This document shows, in pieces, positions 9,884-19,727 of a stretch of 50,326 bases of DNA (positions are counted from its first letter, which is position 1; each line of letters starts with the position of its first letter). The position numbers were made by a program, and so were the translations under genes. Source of the stretch: Terriglobia bacterium (GTDB taxonomy: Bacteria > Acidobacteriota > Terriglobia > Bryobacterales > JACQDG01); NCBI GenBank assembly GCA_041477005.1, contig JBGOUJ010000002.1:1-50326 (forward strand), read 5' to 3'. Below the pieces are notes generated by a model that did no database searches, was not told the DNA's origin, and was given only the letters and a program-made list of their open reading frames with translations.

Positions 9884-11248
9884 TTACTGGATCAGTTGCC
9901 GAATGGCGCCGGTGGCCTGCGCCAGATCGACGCGCGCCACGTTGTAGTTGTAGAGCGCGGCGATCCGGTTGTCGCGCGCGCGCTCCAGGCGGGTCTGCGC
10001 ATCGGTGACCTCCACGCCGTTGGCCACACCGGCGGCGTAGCGGCGGCGGGCCTGGGCCAGCTCGTTCTCGGACAGACCGAGGCCTTCCTGGGCCACGTTC
10101 ACCTGGTCTTCGGCCGATTGCAGGCTGTCGAGCGCCAAGCGGATGTCGAGCTCGATCTGCTCGCGCAGGTCGTTGGTGCGGACGTGCTCCTGGCGCAACT
10201 GCGATTGGCTCTCGGCGCGGCGGGCGTCCCGCCGGCCGCCGTCGAAGACCGGCACCCGCAGCGAGACGCCGTAGGTGCGCGTGGGCAAGGCATTGTTGAT
10301 GCCGTTGCCGATCGAGCCGTAATCGCCGAAGGCGGCGAGCGAGGGAAGCCGCTCCATCCTGGTGGCGCTGCTCGATAGACGCGCATTCTCTTCCCGCTCC
10401 ACCTGCGCCTTGTAGTCGGCGCGGTGTTGGATCGCCTGCTCCTTGGCCTGCTCGAGGGGTAGGGCGTTGGAGGGCACGTAGGAGAGCTGGTCGGTGAGCT
10501 CCAGCCGTGCATCCAGCCGCAGGTTCATGGCGCGGAGCAACTGCAGGTGGGCGCGGCGGCGGTCGTTCTGCGCCACCAGTTGCCGCTGCTTCTCGTTGGA
10601 AAGCTGGACGCGCGCCCGCGTGACTTCAATCCCCGTCCCGGCGCCGGCGGCCTTCTGATCTTGAGTCTGCTTCAGAAGCGCTTCTGCAAGCGCCACGTCG
10701 GCGTTGACGGCATCCAGGGCCGCTTCGGCGCGCAGCGCGGCGACGTAGGCTTTCGCCACTTGGGCGGAGACGTCGTCGCTCGTGTACACGCGGTCCGCTT
10801 TGGCGGCCGTGACGCCTGCCCTGGTGGCCTGGAAGCGGCGGATCGTGCTGAAGTCGAAGATGTTCTGAGTGGCGGTGGCGCGGGCGTCGAAGACGTTGAA
10901 GGGGCCGACGATGGTCGGGATATAGAAGCCAGGTATGGGCGCGTTGAATTGAAGGCCGAAGGCAGCCAGGTTGCGGTTCATGTTCTGTTCGGTAACGGAG
11001 CTTTCAATGTCGGGCAGGAGCGCGGCCCGCGCTTGCGAGGAGCGCGATTGCGCCTGTTTCAAGGCTTCGTCGGCGAGCTGGATCCGGGCGCTGCCCTCGG
11101 GCGATGTGGCAAGCTCCACGGCGCGCTTCAGGCTCAGACGCAGCGGCCCGCGGTCGACCATCCCGTCCCGCTGCCCTTCCTGCTGCGCCAGGCAGGCGAC
11201 GGGAATGATGCCGAGGAGAGCCCATTTGAGGATCGGGAATCGGTTCAT
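9884..11248 (-). CDS. TolC family outer membrane efflux protein
   Basis: Signal peptide, two helical OEP repeats, PVFDGG, operon context. Confidence 0.85.
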   Translation of the reverse strand: MNRFPILKWALLGIIPVACLAQQEGQRDGMVDRGPLRLSLKRAVELATSPEGSARIQLADEALKQAQSRSSQARAALLPDIESSVTEQNMNRNLAAFGLQFNAPIPGFYIPTIVGPFNVFDARATATQNIFDFSTIRRFQATRAGVTAAKADRVYTSDDVSAQVAKAYVAALRAEAALDAVNADVALAEALLKQTQDQKAAGAGTGIEVTRARVQLSNEKQRQLVAQNDRRRAHLQLLRAMNLRLDARLELTDQLSYVPSNALPLEQAKEQAIQHRADYKAQVEREENARLSSSATRMERLPSLAAFGDYGSIGNGINNALPTRTYGVSLRVPVFDGGRRDARRAESQSQLRQEHVRTNDLREQIELDIRLALDSLQSAEDQVNVAQEGLGLSENELAQARRRYAAGVANGVEVTDAQTRLERARDNRIAALYNYNVARVDLAQATGAIRQLIQ

Positions 11249-11896
11249 TTAAGTCTCCTGGGAAACTGCCGCTCCCACGGGAGCACGGAATCCCGCGCTC
11301 ACGAAGTGGACCAGACGATCCAGCACCGCATCCGGTGGAAGAGTACTGCCAAAGCCGGGCGCCTCCGCTTCGATCTCCTGGATCCCCCGGAGCGTGTGCG
11401 CCATGGCCCCGACTGCAAAATGCATTCTTAAGACCAGCTCCTCCTCGGGAACATCCGGCAGCGCACGGCCCAGCGCGCACTTGAAGCGGGCGAGCACGTC
11501 GCCGAAATGATTGCGCAGGATCTTGGACAGTAGATCGCTTTCCGCGAGGATACGGCCCATCAACCGGGCGAAGAAGGCTCCCCCAGGGCCGGACGAGCAA
11601 ACCAAACGGAAAGGGGGAGCCAGAAAGGCCTCGAGAACCCTTTCCACGGCCGCCGGACTCTCACCGGCCTCGCGCTCGAACTGGCCAAGCATTTCCAGTC
11701 GCTCGCGATTCACCGGCCCAGCCCGCCGCAGGATGACGGCATCGAGGAGGGCCTCCTTGGAATGGAAGTGATAGTGAACCGCGGCCAGGTTTACCCCCGC
11801 TTCCGAGATGATCTTGCGCAGGGAGGTCGAGGCGTAGCCCCTCAAGGCGAACAGCCGTTCGGCGGCGTCGAGGATTCGATCTTTCGTGTCAGTCAT
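11249..11896 (-). CDS. TetR/AcrR family transcriptional regulator
   Basis: RILDAAERLFA...AGVNLAAVHYHFHSKEAL HTH. Confidence 0.92.
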   Translation of the reverse strand: MTDTKDRILDAAERLFALRGYASTSLRKIISEAGVNLAAVHYHFHSKEALLDAVILRRAGPVNRERLEMLGQFEREAGESPAAVERVLEAFLAPPFRLVCSSGPGGAFFARLMGRILAESDLLSKILRNHFGDVLARFKCALGRALPDVPEEELVLRMHFAVGAMAHTLRGIQEIEAEAPGFGSTLPPDAVLDRLVHFVSAGFRAPVGAAVSQET

Positions 11897-11904
11897 GATT
11901 CAAA

Positions 11905-11950
11905 TTCAATCGAATGATCTAATCATACGACTGATTTAGTCTTGTGTCAA
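11905..11950 (-). promoter_or_regulatory. Sigma70 promoter of the efflux operon with overlapping palindromic operator
   Basis: Minus strand TTGACA (11950-11945), 17-nt spacer, TATGAT (11927-11922); inverted repeat AATCA-N6-TGATT at 11921-11936 and a degenerate second copy toward the ATG. Confidence 0.8.
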
Positions 11951-12183
11951 AGGGTTCTTGTAAAGGGCCGCTTTCGGGGCGCGGAACGGCTTGGGGGGCT
12001 GTCATGTCGAACGCAGAGCAACTCGGCGTGTTCGACCGGAGTGCCCGTGTGTGGACTCCTGTCAGAGATGTGTCGGGCCGGGTTCGCGGACCCGGGATCC
12101 TTCCGCCTCTGTCACGCCGAGCAGCGGAGGGAGGCAGGGCGTAACCGGATCGACCGTTGCCGGAGCCATCCTCTGCCGCAGCG

Positions 12184-12208
12184 GGAACATTTCCTCATCA
12201 GTGACGTA
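12184..12208 (+). promoter_or_regulatory. Putative ECF sigma factor promoter
   Basis: GGAAC-N16-CGTA just upstream of SD GGAGGA and GTG start at 12232. Confidence 0.55.
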
Positions 12209-12231
12209 TCCTACGAGTGGAGGAATGGGAA

Positions 12232-12687
12232 GTGCCCTACTGCTCCCAGTGCGGAACGCAGTTGACCGACCGCGACTTCTTCTGCGGCAAGTGCGGCGCC
12301 CGCCAGCCGATTCCGGGAACCCCCGGCATCTACCGCCGCAGCGGCTCCGGAGCGGACGGCGTCAGCCCCCGCACGGCATCCATGCTCTGCTACATCCCGT
12401 TCGTCGGGTGGATCGCCGCCATCTTTGTTCTGGCCACCGAGCGGTTTCGCAACTCGCACGACGTGCGCTTCCATGCCTTCCAGGGGCTCTATCTGTTCGT
12501 GGCCTGGCTGCTGCTCGATTGGGCAATTTTCCCGTGGTTCCACTGGATCCCACGCCACATCTTCCCCTTCCGCCAGATCATGGAGCTGTTGATCTTCGGC
12601 CTGTCGATCTTCCTGTTCATCAAGGCCAGCCGGGAGGAGCGGTATTCCCTGCCCCTGATCGGCGAGCTGGCCGAGCGCTCGTTGTAA
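12232..12687 (+). CDS. Zinc-ribbon plus DUF4870/Tic20-like membrane protein
   Basis: CSQCG...FCGKCG ribbon, three hydrophobic helices, VRFHAFQ, YSLPLIGELA; SD GGAGGA before GTG. Confidence 0.75.
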   Translation: MPYCSQCGTQLTDRDFFCGKCGARQPIPGTPGIYRRSGSGADGVSPRTASMLCYIPFVGWIAAIFVLATERFRNSHDVRFHAFQGLYLFVAWLLLDWAIFPWFHWIPRHIFPFRQIMELLIFGLSIFLFIKASREERYSLPLIGELAERSL

Positions 12688-12736
12688 GGGCCCTTTGGGC
12701 CGGCCTTTCAGGTTACAATTGAAACCTGTCGAAGGA

Positions 12737-14434
12737 ATGACGACCGGCATCACGGCAAGCGGGGAGGTGGCCGGGCGGCAGCGCCGCTCGGCTCGACTGG
12801 CGCTGTTTAGAGCCGTCATCGCCCTCGCCTACCTTACCGCGGAGGCGGTATTCTCAGACAAGGGCCTCACCCCAATCTCCGCGATCGTTACGCTTCTGTT
12901 CATCTGCTACAGCGTTCTCCTGCTGATCTTCCAGTCGCACACCCTGGCACGGCGCTCCAGCCAGTTGATTCTTTTCCTGGATTTGAGCTTTGTGCTGTCG
13001 CTGGTTTTCTGCGGCAGCACGAGCGCCTCGGCTGCCGTGGCCGCCGCATTCTACGCCTTTCTGGTGCTGGAGAGCTGGGCCGTGCACGGGGCGCGGGAAG
13101 TGATCCTGCTGTCGACGGCCGTAATCCTGGTGATCTACGCGGCGCGCCTTAGCGGCGGATACATCAAACCTCTGGAGGTTACCGCCCACAGCGTGCTGTT
13201 CCTGCTGATCGTGGGCGGTCTGCTGGCCTTTCTGTTCTCCGACCAGCGCTATCTGGCCGAGCGGCGCATCATGGCCCTGTCGCACCAGACCACGGGCGCC
13301 TCCGAGTCGACTACCGTCGTCACAATCCAGCAAGGTCTGAAGGAGCTGGCCGGGTGGTTCCGCTGCTCCCACGCGCTTCTGGCTTTCTGGGACGAGCGCA
13401 ATGAGCATTTTTGCCTCTGCCGCTATCCACCGCTGGAGGATTCCGGCCGCGGTGATTCGTCGAAGCCGCAACTGGAGGACAGCCGCGAGTGGTCGGTCTG
13501 CCGCGGCGAGAGGCTCAGCTTTTTTGCCAACGGCATCGCCTCGCCGGACGGCGAGGCCGCGCCTACGGATCCCTCCGCCGCTCCGGCGCCCAACTACGAC
13601 CTGCACGTCCACCTGATCCGCAAGTTCCAGATATTTAACGCGGTGGGGTGCGGGCTTTACTCCGAAGGCCGCACCGTCGGCCGGCTGCTGCTGATCAACC
13701 GCGTCTCGCCGGTCGACGGGAACCTGTTGCGGCGGCTCAAGCGCGTGGCTTCGGCGTTCACGGAGCTCGCCCGCCACATCCTGGTGATCCAGTCGGTGGA
13801 GCACGCCGCTTACGAGCGCGAGCGCGCCCGCGTGGCCCAGGACTTTCACGACGGGCCGCTGCAAAGCGTCATCAGCTTTCAGATGCGCGTCCACACCATT
13901 CGAAAGCTGCTGGAGCGGGATGCGGAAGCGGCAGCGCACGAGCTGGACCAGCTCCAGGAGGTGGCTCGCAAACAGATCACCGAGATGCGCACCTTCGTCA
14001 ACAGCATGCGTCCGGTCGAAGTCGATACCACCAGCGTCACCGCGGCGGCGCGACGGCTGGTGGAGGATTTCCAAAAGGAAAGCGGCGTTCCGGTGACCTT
14101 CCTGGTCGGCAACGAGCCGGTCAGCGCGCCCGGCAAGATCGGCATCGACATCCTGCAGCTCATCCGCGAGGCGCTGCACAACATCCATAAACACGCCCAG
14201 GCCACGCAGGTGTTGTTCTCGATCGAGAAGAACGAGACCCACCTGACGATCGCCGTCAACGACAACGGCAAGGGCTTCCGCTTCGGCGGGAGGTATTCGC
14301 TCGAAGAGCTGGAGATCCTGCGGCTGGGGCCCAACAGCATCAAGCAGCGCATGCGGGCCCTGGGCGGCGACGTGCTGCTCGAATCCCAACCCGGCCATGG
14401 GACCAGCCTGCGGCTGAAGATTCCGTTGTATTGA
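12737..14434 (+). CDS. Membrane sensor histidine kinase, HisKA_3 (NarX/UhpB-type), with GAF-like segment
   Basis: Multiple N-terminal TMs, ERARVAQDFHD H-box, EALHNIHKHA N-box, DNGKGF, SQPGHGT. Confidence 0.88.
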   Translation: MTTGITASGEVAGRQRRSARLALFRAVIALAYLTAEAVFSDKGLTPISAIVTLLFICYSVLLLIFQSHTLARRSSQLILFLDLSFVLSLVFCGSTSASAAVAAAFYAFLVLESWAVHGAREVILLSTAVILVIYAARLSGGYIKPLEVTAHSVLFLLIVGGLLAFLFSDQRYLAERRIMALSHQTTGASESTTVVTIQQGLKELAGWFRCSHALLAFWDERNEHFCLCRYPPLEDSGRGDSSKPQLEDSREWSVCRGERLSFFANGIASPDGEAAPTDPSAAPAPNYDLHVHLIRKFQIFNAVGCGLYSEGRTVGRLLLINRVSPVDGNLLRRLKRVASAFTELARHILVIQSVEHAAYERERARVAQDFHDGPLQSVISFQMRVHTIRKLLERDAEAAAHELDQLQEVARKQITEMRTFVNSMRPVEVDTTSVTAAARRLVEDFQKESGVPVTFLVGNEPVSAPGKIGIDILQLIREALHNIHKHAQATQVLFSIEKNETHLTIAVNDNGKGFRFGGRYSLEELEILRLGPNSIKQRMRALGGDVLLESQPGHGTSLRLKIPLY

Positions 14435-14435
14435 A

Positions 14436-14915
14436 TCAACCCCGCCGTACCGTCGCCACGGCATGCGCTTCGGCGGCTTCGCCGGCGCCGATCGGGCCTA
14501 CCCCCTCGGCCGTCTTTGCTTTGAGCGAAATGGCGTCCGGCGCAACTCCGAGAGCGCCCGCCAGGCTCTCTCGAATGCGGGCACGATAGGGCAGGATCTT
14601 GGGCTGCTCAATCACCAGCACGATGTCCAGATTCACGATCGAGTAGCCGTTCTGCTCGAGCAGCTCGCGGGCGCGGCGCAGGAACAGCAGGCTGGGGGCG
14701 TCCTTCCATTGGGGATCGGACGGCGGGAAATGCTCACCGATGTCGCCCAACCCCGCGGCGCCGAGCAAGGCGTCGGTAGCGGCGTGGGCCACAACATCGG
14801 CATCAGAATGGCCGGCCAAGCCCTTGCTGTGGGGGATCTCAACGCCGCCCAGGACAAGCCGGCGGCCGTCCACCAGGCGGTGCAGGTCGTAGCCGATGCC
14901 GGTGCGGAAATCCAT
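14436..14915 (-). CDS. ispF: 2-C-methyl-D-erythritol 2,4-cyclodiphosphate synthase
   Basis: GIGYDLH, GHSDADV, GDIGEHFP, KAKTAEG. Confidence 0.95.
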   Translation of the reverse strand: MDFRTGIGYDLHRLVDGRRLVLGGVEIPHSKGLAGHSDADVVAHAATDALLGAAGLGDIGEHFPPSDPQWKDAPSLLFLRRARELLEQNGYSIVNLDIVLVIEQPKILPYRARIRESLAGALGVAPDAISLKAKTAEGVGPIGAGEAAEAHAVATVRRG

Positions 14916-14945
14916 TAAAAGAAAGCCTGGATGGTTTCCTGCCCT

Positions 14946-15668
14946 TCACACCGCCGCCATCTCTTCTTGCAGGAATAACCGGGCCAAAGCCATGTCGCTG
15001 GGCTTGGTGATCTTGATGTTGCGGTCGCTGCCCATCACCACCGTGACATCGACGTCCAGGTGCTCGACCAGGCTGGCCTCGTCGGTTCCGACGAAGCCGT
15101 CTCTTTCGGCCTGCTCGTAAGCGCGGCGCAGCAGGTCCACGCGAAACACCTGCGGGGTCTGCGCCAGCACGATGTGGTCGCGCGGCAGCGTGGTGCGGAT
15201 GGTGGTCCGATGCACCTGCTTGACCGTATCGACCGGTGGAATGCCCAGGATGGCGGCTCCGGCCGCGCCGGCGGCCTCCACGATCTTGCCTATCAGCTCG
15301 ACTGATACGAACGGCCGCACCGCGTCATGGACGGCCACCAGGTCCATGCCCGCGCTCACCGAGTCCAGGCCGTTTTTCACCGACTCCTGGCGGTGCTCGC
15401 CGCCCACCACCAGGTGCACGGGCTTGGAAGGATTCTGCCGCCGAAGCTGCTCGCGGAACCAATCCATATCCTCGGCTCGCAGCGCGACGACGATTTCGTG
15501 GACCGCCGGCGAGGCCAGGAACTTGCCCAGGGTGTGCACCAGGATCGGCTCGCCTTCGAGCAGCATGAACTGCTTGCGGCTGGTTCCGCTCCTTTCGGCT
15601 GCGCCCTTTTCGGCGCGGCCCATCCGCGTCCCCAAGCCGGCGGCGGGAATGATGGCGGCAACCTTCAT
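14946..15668 (-). CDS. ispD: 2-C-methyl-D-erythritol 4-phosphate cytidylyltransferase
   Basis: PAAGLGTRM, VHDAVRP, AQTPQVF, TDEASLVE, NIKITKPSD. Confidence 0.95.
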   Translation of the reverse strand: MKVAAIIPAAGLGTRMGRAEKGAAERSGTSRKQFMLLEGEPILVHTLGKFLASPAVHEIVVALRAEDMDWFREQLRRQNPSKPVHLVVGGEHRQESVKNGLDSVSAGMDLVAVHDAVRPFVSVELIGKIVEAAGAAGAAILGIPPVDTVKQVHRTTIRTTLPRDHIVLAQTPQVFRVDLLRRAYEQAERDGFVGTDEASLVEHLDVDVTVVMGSDRNIKITKPSDMALARLFLQEEMAAV

Positions 15669-15673
15669 AGAAA

Positions 15674-15854
15674 CAGCTATCAGCCGTCAGCTTTCAGCCA
15701 TCAGCAACCAAAGAGCCCCGGCATTGCCGGTCGGTTGGCGCGACTGATCGCCGATGGCTTCCGTTAGCATTCTTAATAACAGCCGTCAGCAGCCTTAGGA
15801 AAGCGCTCGTCTCGCGGATGGTTGCTGAAAGCTGATGGCTGAGAGCTGATGGCT
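15674..15854. repeat. Intergenic inverted repeat built from tandem 7-bp CAGCnnT units
   Basis: Left arm cagctat-cagccgt-cagcttt-cagccat-cagcaacca (15674-15710); right arm tggttgctgaaa-gctgatg-gctgaga-gctgatg-gct (15819-15854). Confidence 0.8.
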
Positions 15855-15858
15855 TCTG

Positions 15859-16962
15859 CTAACGTCCCACGACTTGTTCGGTGGAGCGGTCCCGGCCGCG
15901 TGATTCGGAACGCTCGGGGACTGATCCGGAACCTCGCTCCGGACCGTCCTTGGGAGGCGTGTGCTGCGCGCGCTCGTCGTAGCGGCCGAAGATCATCTTG
16001 CCCGCCGTGGTCTGCAGCACGCTGGTCACCGAGATATCCACGGTCTTCGAGATCATGCGCTTGGCGTTGTCCACCACCACCATCGTTCCATCGTCCAGGT
16101 AGGCGACCCCCTGGTTGTATTCCTTGCCCTCTTTGAGGATGAACACGCGCATGATCTCGCCCGGAAGCACCACCGGCTTGAGCGCGTTGGTGAGCTCGTT
16201 GATATTCAGCACGTCCACGCGGTGCAATTGCGCAACCTTGTTGAGGTTGAAATCGTTGGTCACGATCCTGCCGTCGTAGAGCTTGGCCAGCTCGATCAGC
16301 TTCATGTCCACTTCGCGGATGTTGGGAAAATCGTCCTCCACGATCTGCACCTCGACATTGGACATTTTTTGGATCCGCTGCAGCACATCGAGGCCGCGCC
16401 GGCCCCGGGCGCGCTTCAGCGAGTCGGCCGAATCGGCCACCAGTTGCAGCTCGCGCAGCACGAATTGCGGAATGACCAGCGTGCCGTCCACGAAGCTGGT
16501 CTCGCAGATGTCGGCGATCCGGCCGTCTATGATCACGCTGGTGTCGAGGATCTTCGAGGACTTCCGCGGGTTCGTCTCGGCGCCGAACAGGCCGCCCAGC
16601 GCGGCCAGGTTCAGCATGTCACCCTTGCTGGCGCCCACCACCAGCCCGATATAGGTCGTCAGCAACAGAACACCAAGGTGCAAGAAGGAGAGGGTCTGAT
16701 AGGGGAAGGCGCCGCTCAGGTCGAGCACCAGGCTCATCAGCAGGGCGGCCAGGATGCCCAGCAGCGAGCCGACGGCCGCCCCGATCAGCCGCTTCAAACT
16801 CGCCTTCCGCAGCCGAATCTCACAGAAGATGATGGCCGCTCCCACCAGCAGCCCAACCCCCAGAGCATGCCACCAAACCTGAATGCCGAAAGGTCTTATG
16901 AATAATGCAGTTAGGCCCACAGCCGCAATGAAAATGACTCGGATAATCAATAAGTCCAGCAC
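15859..16962 (-). CDS. PIN/TRAM domain membrane protein (YacL family)
   Basis: N-terminal TMs, [49 protein letters not shown]; upstream of ispD as in other bacteria. Confidence 0.92.
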   Translation of the reverse strand: MLDLLIIRVIFIAAVGLTALFIRPFGIQVWWHALGVGLLVGAAIIFCEIRLRKASLKRLIGAAVGSLLGILAALLMSLVLDLSGAFPYQTLSFLHLGVLLLTTYIGLVVGASKGDMLNLAALGGLFGAETNPRKSSKILDTSVIIDGRIADICETSFVDGTLVIPQFVLRELQLVADSADSLKRARGRRGLDVLQRIQKMSNVEVQIVEDDFPNIREVDMKLIELAKLYDGRIVTNDFNLNKVAQLHRVDVLNINELTNALKPVVLPGEIMRVFILKEGKEYNQGVAYLDDGTMVVVDNAKRMISKTVDISVTSVLQTTAGKMIFGRYDERAQHTPPKDGPERGSGSVPERSESRGRDRSTEQVVGR

Positions 16963-17028
16963 AATCTCACCCCACCCTTAAGTGCCAGTTCTCGGGAGCG
17001 GCCCGAAAGGCTGCCCCAGGTCGCCAAG

Positions 17029-17057
17029 AGTATATCACTGGAGGTGCCTTGCAACAA
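17029..17057 (-). promoter_or_regulatory. Putative sigma70 promoter for the PIN/TRAM-ispD-ispF genes
   Basis: Minus strand TTGTTG, 17-nt spacer ending TGA, TATACT (extended -10 TGn). Confidence 0.5.
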
Positions 17058-17126
17058 GCATCTTGGCGCTACGATGCGCTACGATTCTGGTCCCCGCCAG
17101 GCATATGCCTCGCGCCACCCCGGGGG

Positions 17127-18281
17127 CTATTGGTAGACGCGGCTGCACCGCTTCCCAATGCCGCAAAGGATCTCGTAGGGGATGGCGCCGCAGCGCTCGG
17201 CCATCTGCAGCGCATCGAGCTTCGCATCTCCATCCTGCCCCAATAGTGTTATACAGTCGCCGGGCGCCAGCTCCGGGGCAGCGCTCAAGTCGACCAGGCA
17301 CACGTCCATACTCACCAACCCTACGATGCGGGCCGGACGGCCGGCGGCCAGCACAATCCCACCGTTGGAGAGGCGCCGGTCCAGGCCGTCGGCATAACCG
17401 GCGGCGACGACGCCGACACGCATGGGCCGGTCGGTGCGAAAGCTGGCGTTGTAGCCCAGAGGGGCTCCAGCTCCATATTCCTTGACAGTCAGGATCCGCG
17501 CTTTCCAACTGAGGATCGGATCGAGGCACGGCGGCGGCTCGACCGGCTCGCGCCCCCGCGGGGGCATCAGGTAGCCGTAAAGGGCGAGGCCCGGCCGAAC
17601 CATCGAGACTCGCGTCTGCGGCCAGTAAGCCAGAGCGGCGCTGTTGGCCATGTGGACGAAGCGGGGACGGATGCCTCGGGCCGCCAACTGCTCGGCCAGT
17701 TGCTGGAACCGCCGGATTTGGTCCTCGGTTTGGCGGCTCACCAAGTCCTCAGCGGAGGCGAAATGGGTGGCCAGCCCTTCGAGCCGCAAGTGGGGCGCCC
17801 GGGCCAGCAGGTCGGCAACCTCAGTGGCGCGCGCCTCTTCGAGCCCCAACCGCCCCATACCCGAATCGATCTCCAGGTGAAACCGCGGGCAGATTTGCCG
17901 GAGGCGCGCCCACTGCTCGAGGTCCTGGAGCTGGTCTACGCTATGGACCGTCAGGGTGAGGTCGAATTCGGCCAGCGCGTTCTTCTCATCGCGGGCGAGA
18001 TCGGCGAGCACCAGGATGCGGCCCCGGATCCCGTTTCGGCGCAGCTCGATTCCCTCGGCCACCGAGGTGACGGCAAACCAGCCGGCGCCGGCGCCTTCCA
18101 GCGCGCGGGCGACTTCGACCGCGCCGTGTCCGTAAGCATCGGCCTTGACCACGGCGACGACCTCGACACCGTCTCCGGCCGTCCGGCGAATGACCCGGTA
18201 ATTCGCGATCAGCTTTTGACGCGAGATCTCGACGAAAGTGCGTTCCACGCGCGCCGCCCGGCCCCTATTGTCCTGTCTCAC
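17127..18281 (-). CDS. alr: Alanine racemase
   Basis: AVVKADAYGHG, DSGMGRLG, HMANSA, RPGLALYG, GYADG, VSMD, IPYEI. Confidence 0.95.
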   Translation of the reverse strand: MRQDNRGRAARVERTFVEISRQKLIANYRVIRRTAGDGVEVVAVVKADAYGHGAVEVARALEGAGAGWFAVTSVAEGIELRRNGIRGRILVLADLARDEKNALAEFDLTLTVHSVDQLQDLEQWARLRQICPRFHLEIDSGMGRLGLEEARATEVADLLARAPHLRLEGLATHFASAEDLVSRQTEDQIRRFQQLAEQLAARGIRPRFVHMANSAALAYWPQTRVSMVRPGLALYGYLMPPRGREPVEPPPCLDPILSWKARILTVKEYGAGAPLGYNASFRTDRPMRVGVVAAGYADGLDRRLSNGGIVLAAGRPARIVGLVSMDVCLVDLSAAPELAPGDCITLLGQDGDAKLDALQMAERCGAIPYEILCGIGKRCSRVYQ

Positions 18282-18335
18282 GAGATGGTTTACAAGGCCT
18301 GCGAGCCGAGCCAGGGCGGTCGCGGCCTGGAAGCC

Positions 18336-19727
18336 CTATTGGACCCAGTCGGGCTCCGCCGCCTCCGGGTCGGCGCCCACGTCCTCGGCGCGGTTCTCGA
18401 ACTTGGTGTACTTGCTCAAGAACGCCAGCTCGACCTTGCCGGTGGGCCCGTTACGCTGTTTGGCGACCAGCAGCTCGGCCAAGCCGTGCAGGTCCTCGCG
18501 GTCCGGTTTGTAAACCTCCTCGCGAAAGATGAAAGCAACAATGTCGGCGTCTTGCTCGATCGCTCCCGATTCGCGAAGGTCGCTCAACTGGGGACGGTGG
18601 TCGCCGGTGCGGACTTCCGGGGCGCGGCTCAATTGGGAAAGGGCGACGACCGGGACCTTGAGCTCCTTGGCCAGTTGCTTCAAGCCGCGCGAGATGACCG
18701 AAATTTCCTGATTGCGGTTATCGAACTTGCCCTTCAAGCTCATCAACTGCAGGTAATCGAGGATCACCAGAGCGAGGCCGTGCTCGTGGCGCAGGCGGCG
18801 GCACTTGGCGTGCATCTCCATAAGGTTGGTGCTCGCGGCATCGTCGATGTAGAGCGGGCTCTGCACCAGTTGGTTCAGGGCGGCCGAGAGCCGGCGCCGC
18901 TCTTCCATGTTGAGAAAGCCGCCGCGGAAGCGGTGGCTATCGACGCGGGCCAGGGCGCTCAGCATGCGGGAGAGCAGGGATTCGGCCGACATCTCGAGCG
19001 AGAAGACGGCCACTGTCTGGCCCAGCTTCACGGCCACGTGCTGGGCGATGTTGAGGGCAAGCGCCGTCTTGCCCATGGAAGGCCGCGCCGCCAGCACGAA
19101 CAGCTCGGAGGGCTGCAGGCCGGTCGTCATCTCGTCGAACTTGGTGAAGCCGGTGGTCAGGCCGCGCAGGCGCTTGCTCGGGTCGAGGAAGGTGTTGATG
19201 CCGCCGGGAAAGCCCTCGACGATCTTCCGTGGGCTGACCAGGCCGCCGCGGATCCGCGAGTCGCCGACTTTGAGAATCATCTCCTCAGCCTTGCTGAGGA
19301 TCTCGTCGACCTCGTCGCCGGCCTCCAGGCACTGCCCGGTGATGGCCTGCGAGGTGTAGATGAGGCGCCGCAGCAGCGACCGGTCCTTGACGATGCGGAC
19401 GTAACTGTCGATGTTTTCGAGACGCGGCAGGCCCTCGGTCAGCGCCGAGAGATATGCCACGCCGTCGCAGGACTCGAGCTGGCCGTGCTTCATCAACTCG
19501 TTGGCCAGGGTGAGGTATTCTATTGGCTCCGAGCGCGAGTGCAGCTCGAGCATGCGCGCGAAGATGCGGCGGTGCTTTTCGAGCACGAAGTCGTCGGGCT
19601 CAATAACGCCGGCCACGTGGACAAACAAGGTGTCGGAAAGAACGATGGAGCCGAGGACGAACTGCTCCGCTTCGACGTTGGCGGGTAGGCCTTTCTCCAG
19701 CACGGTTCCAGTGGCAGCAGCCGGCAT
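18336..19727 (-). CDS. dnaB: Replicative DNA helicase
   Basis: AARPSMGKT, FSLEM, DYLQL, LSQLSR, DLRESGAIEQDAD, KQRNGPTG. Confidence 0.97.
   Translation of the reverse strand: MPAAATGTVLEKGLPANVEAEQFVLGSIVLSDTLFVHVAGVIEPDDFVLEKHRRIFARMLELHSRSEPIEYLTLANELMKHGQLESCDGVAYLSALTEGLPRLENIDSYVRIVKDRSLLRRLIYTSQAITGQCLEAGDEVDEILSKAEEMILKVGDSRIRGGLVSPRKIVEGFPGGINTFLDPSKRLRGLTTGFTKFDEMTTGLQPSELFVLAARPSMGKTALALNIAQHVAVKLGQTVAVFSLEMSAESLLSRMLSALARVDSHRFRGGFLNMEERRRLSAALNQLVQSPLYIDDAASTNLMEMHAKCRRLRHEHGLALVILDYLQLMSLKGKFDNRNQEISVISRGLKQLAKELKVPVVALSQLSRAPEVRTGDHRPQLSDLRESGAIEQDADIVAFIFREEVYKPDREDLHGLAELLVAKQRNGPTGKVELAFLSKYTKFENRAEDVGADPEAAEPDWVQ

Noticed and set aside
12854-14464. 536-aa minus-strand ORF
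   Set aside because: Shadow of the histidine kinase
17652-19688. 678-aa plus-strand ORF
   Set aside because: Antisense shadow of dnaB and alr with no motifs; expected in GC-rich DNA
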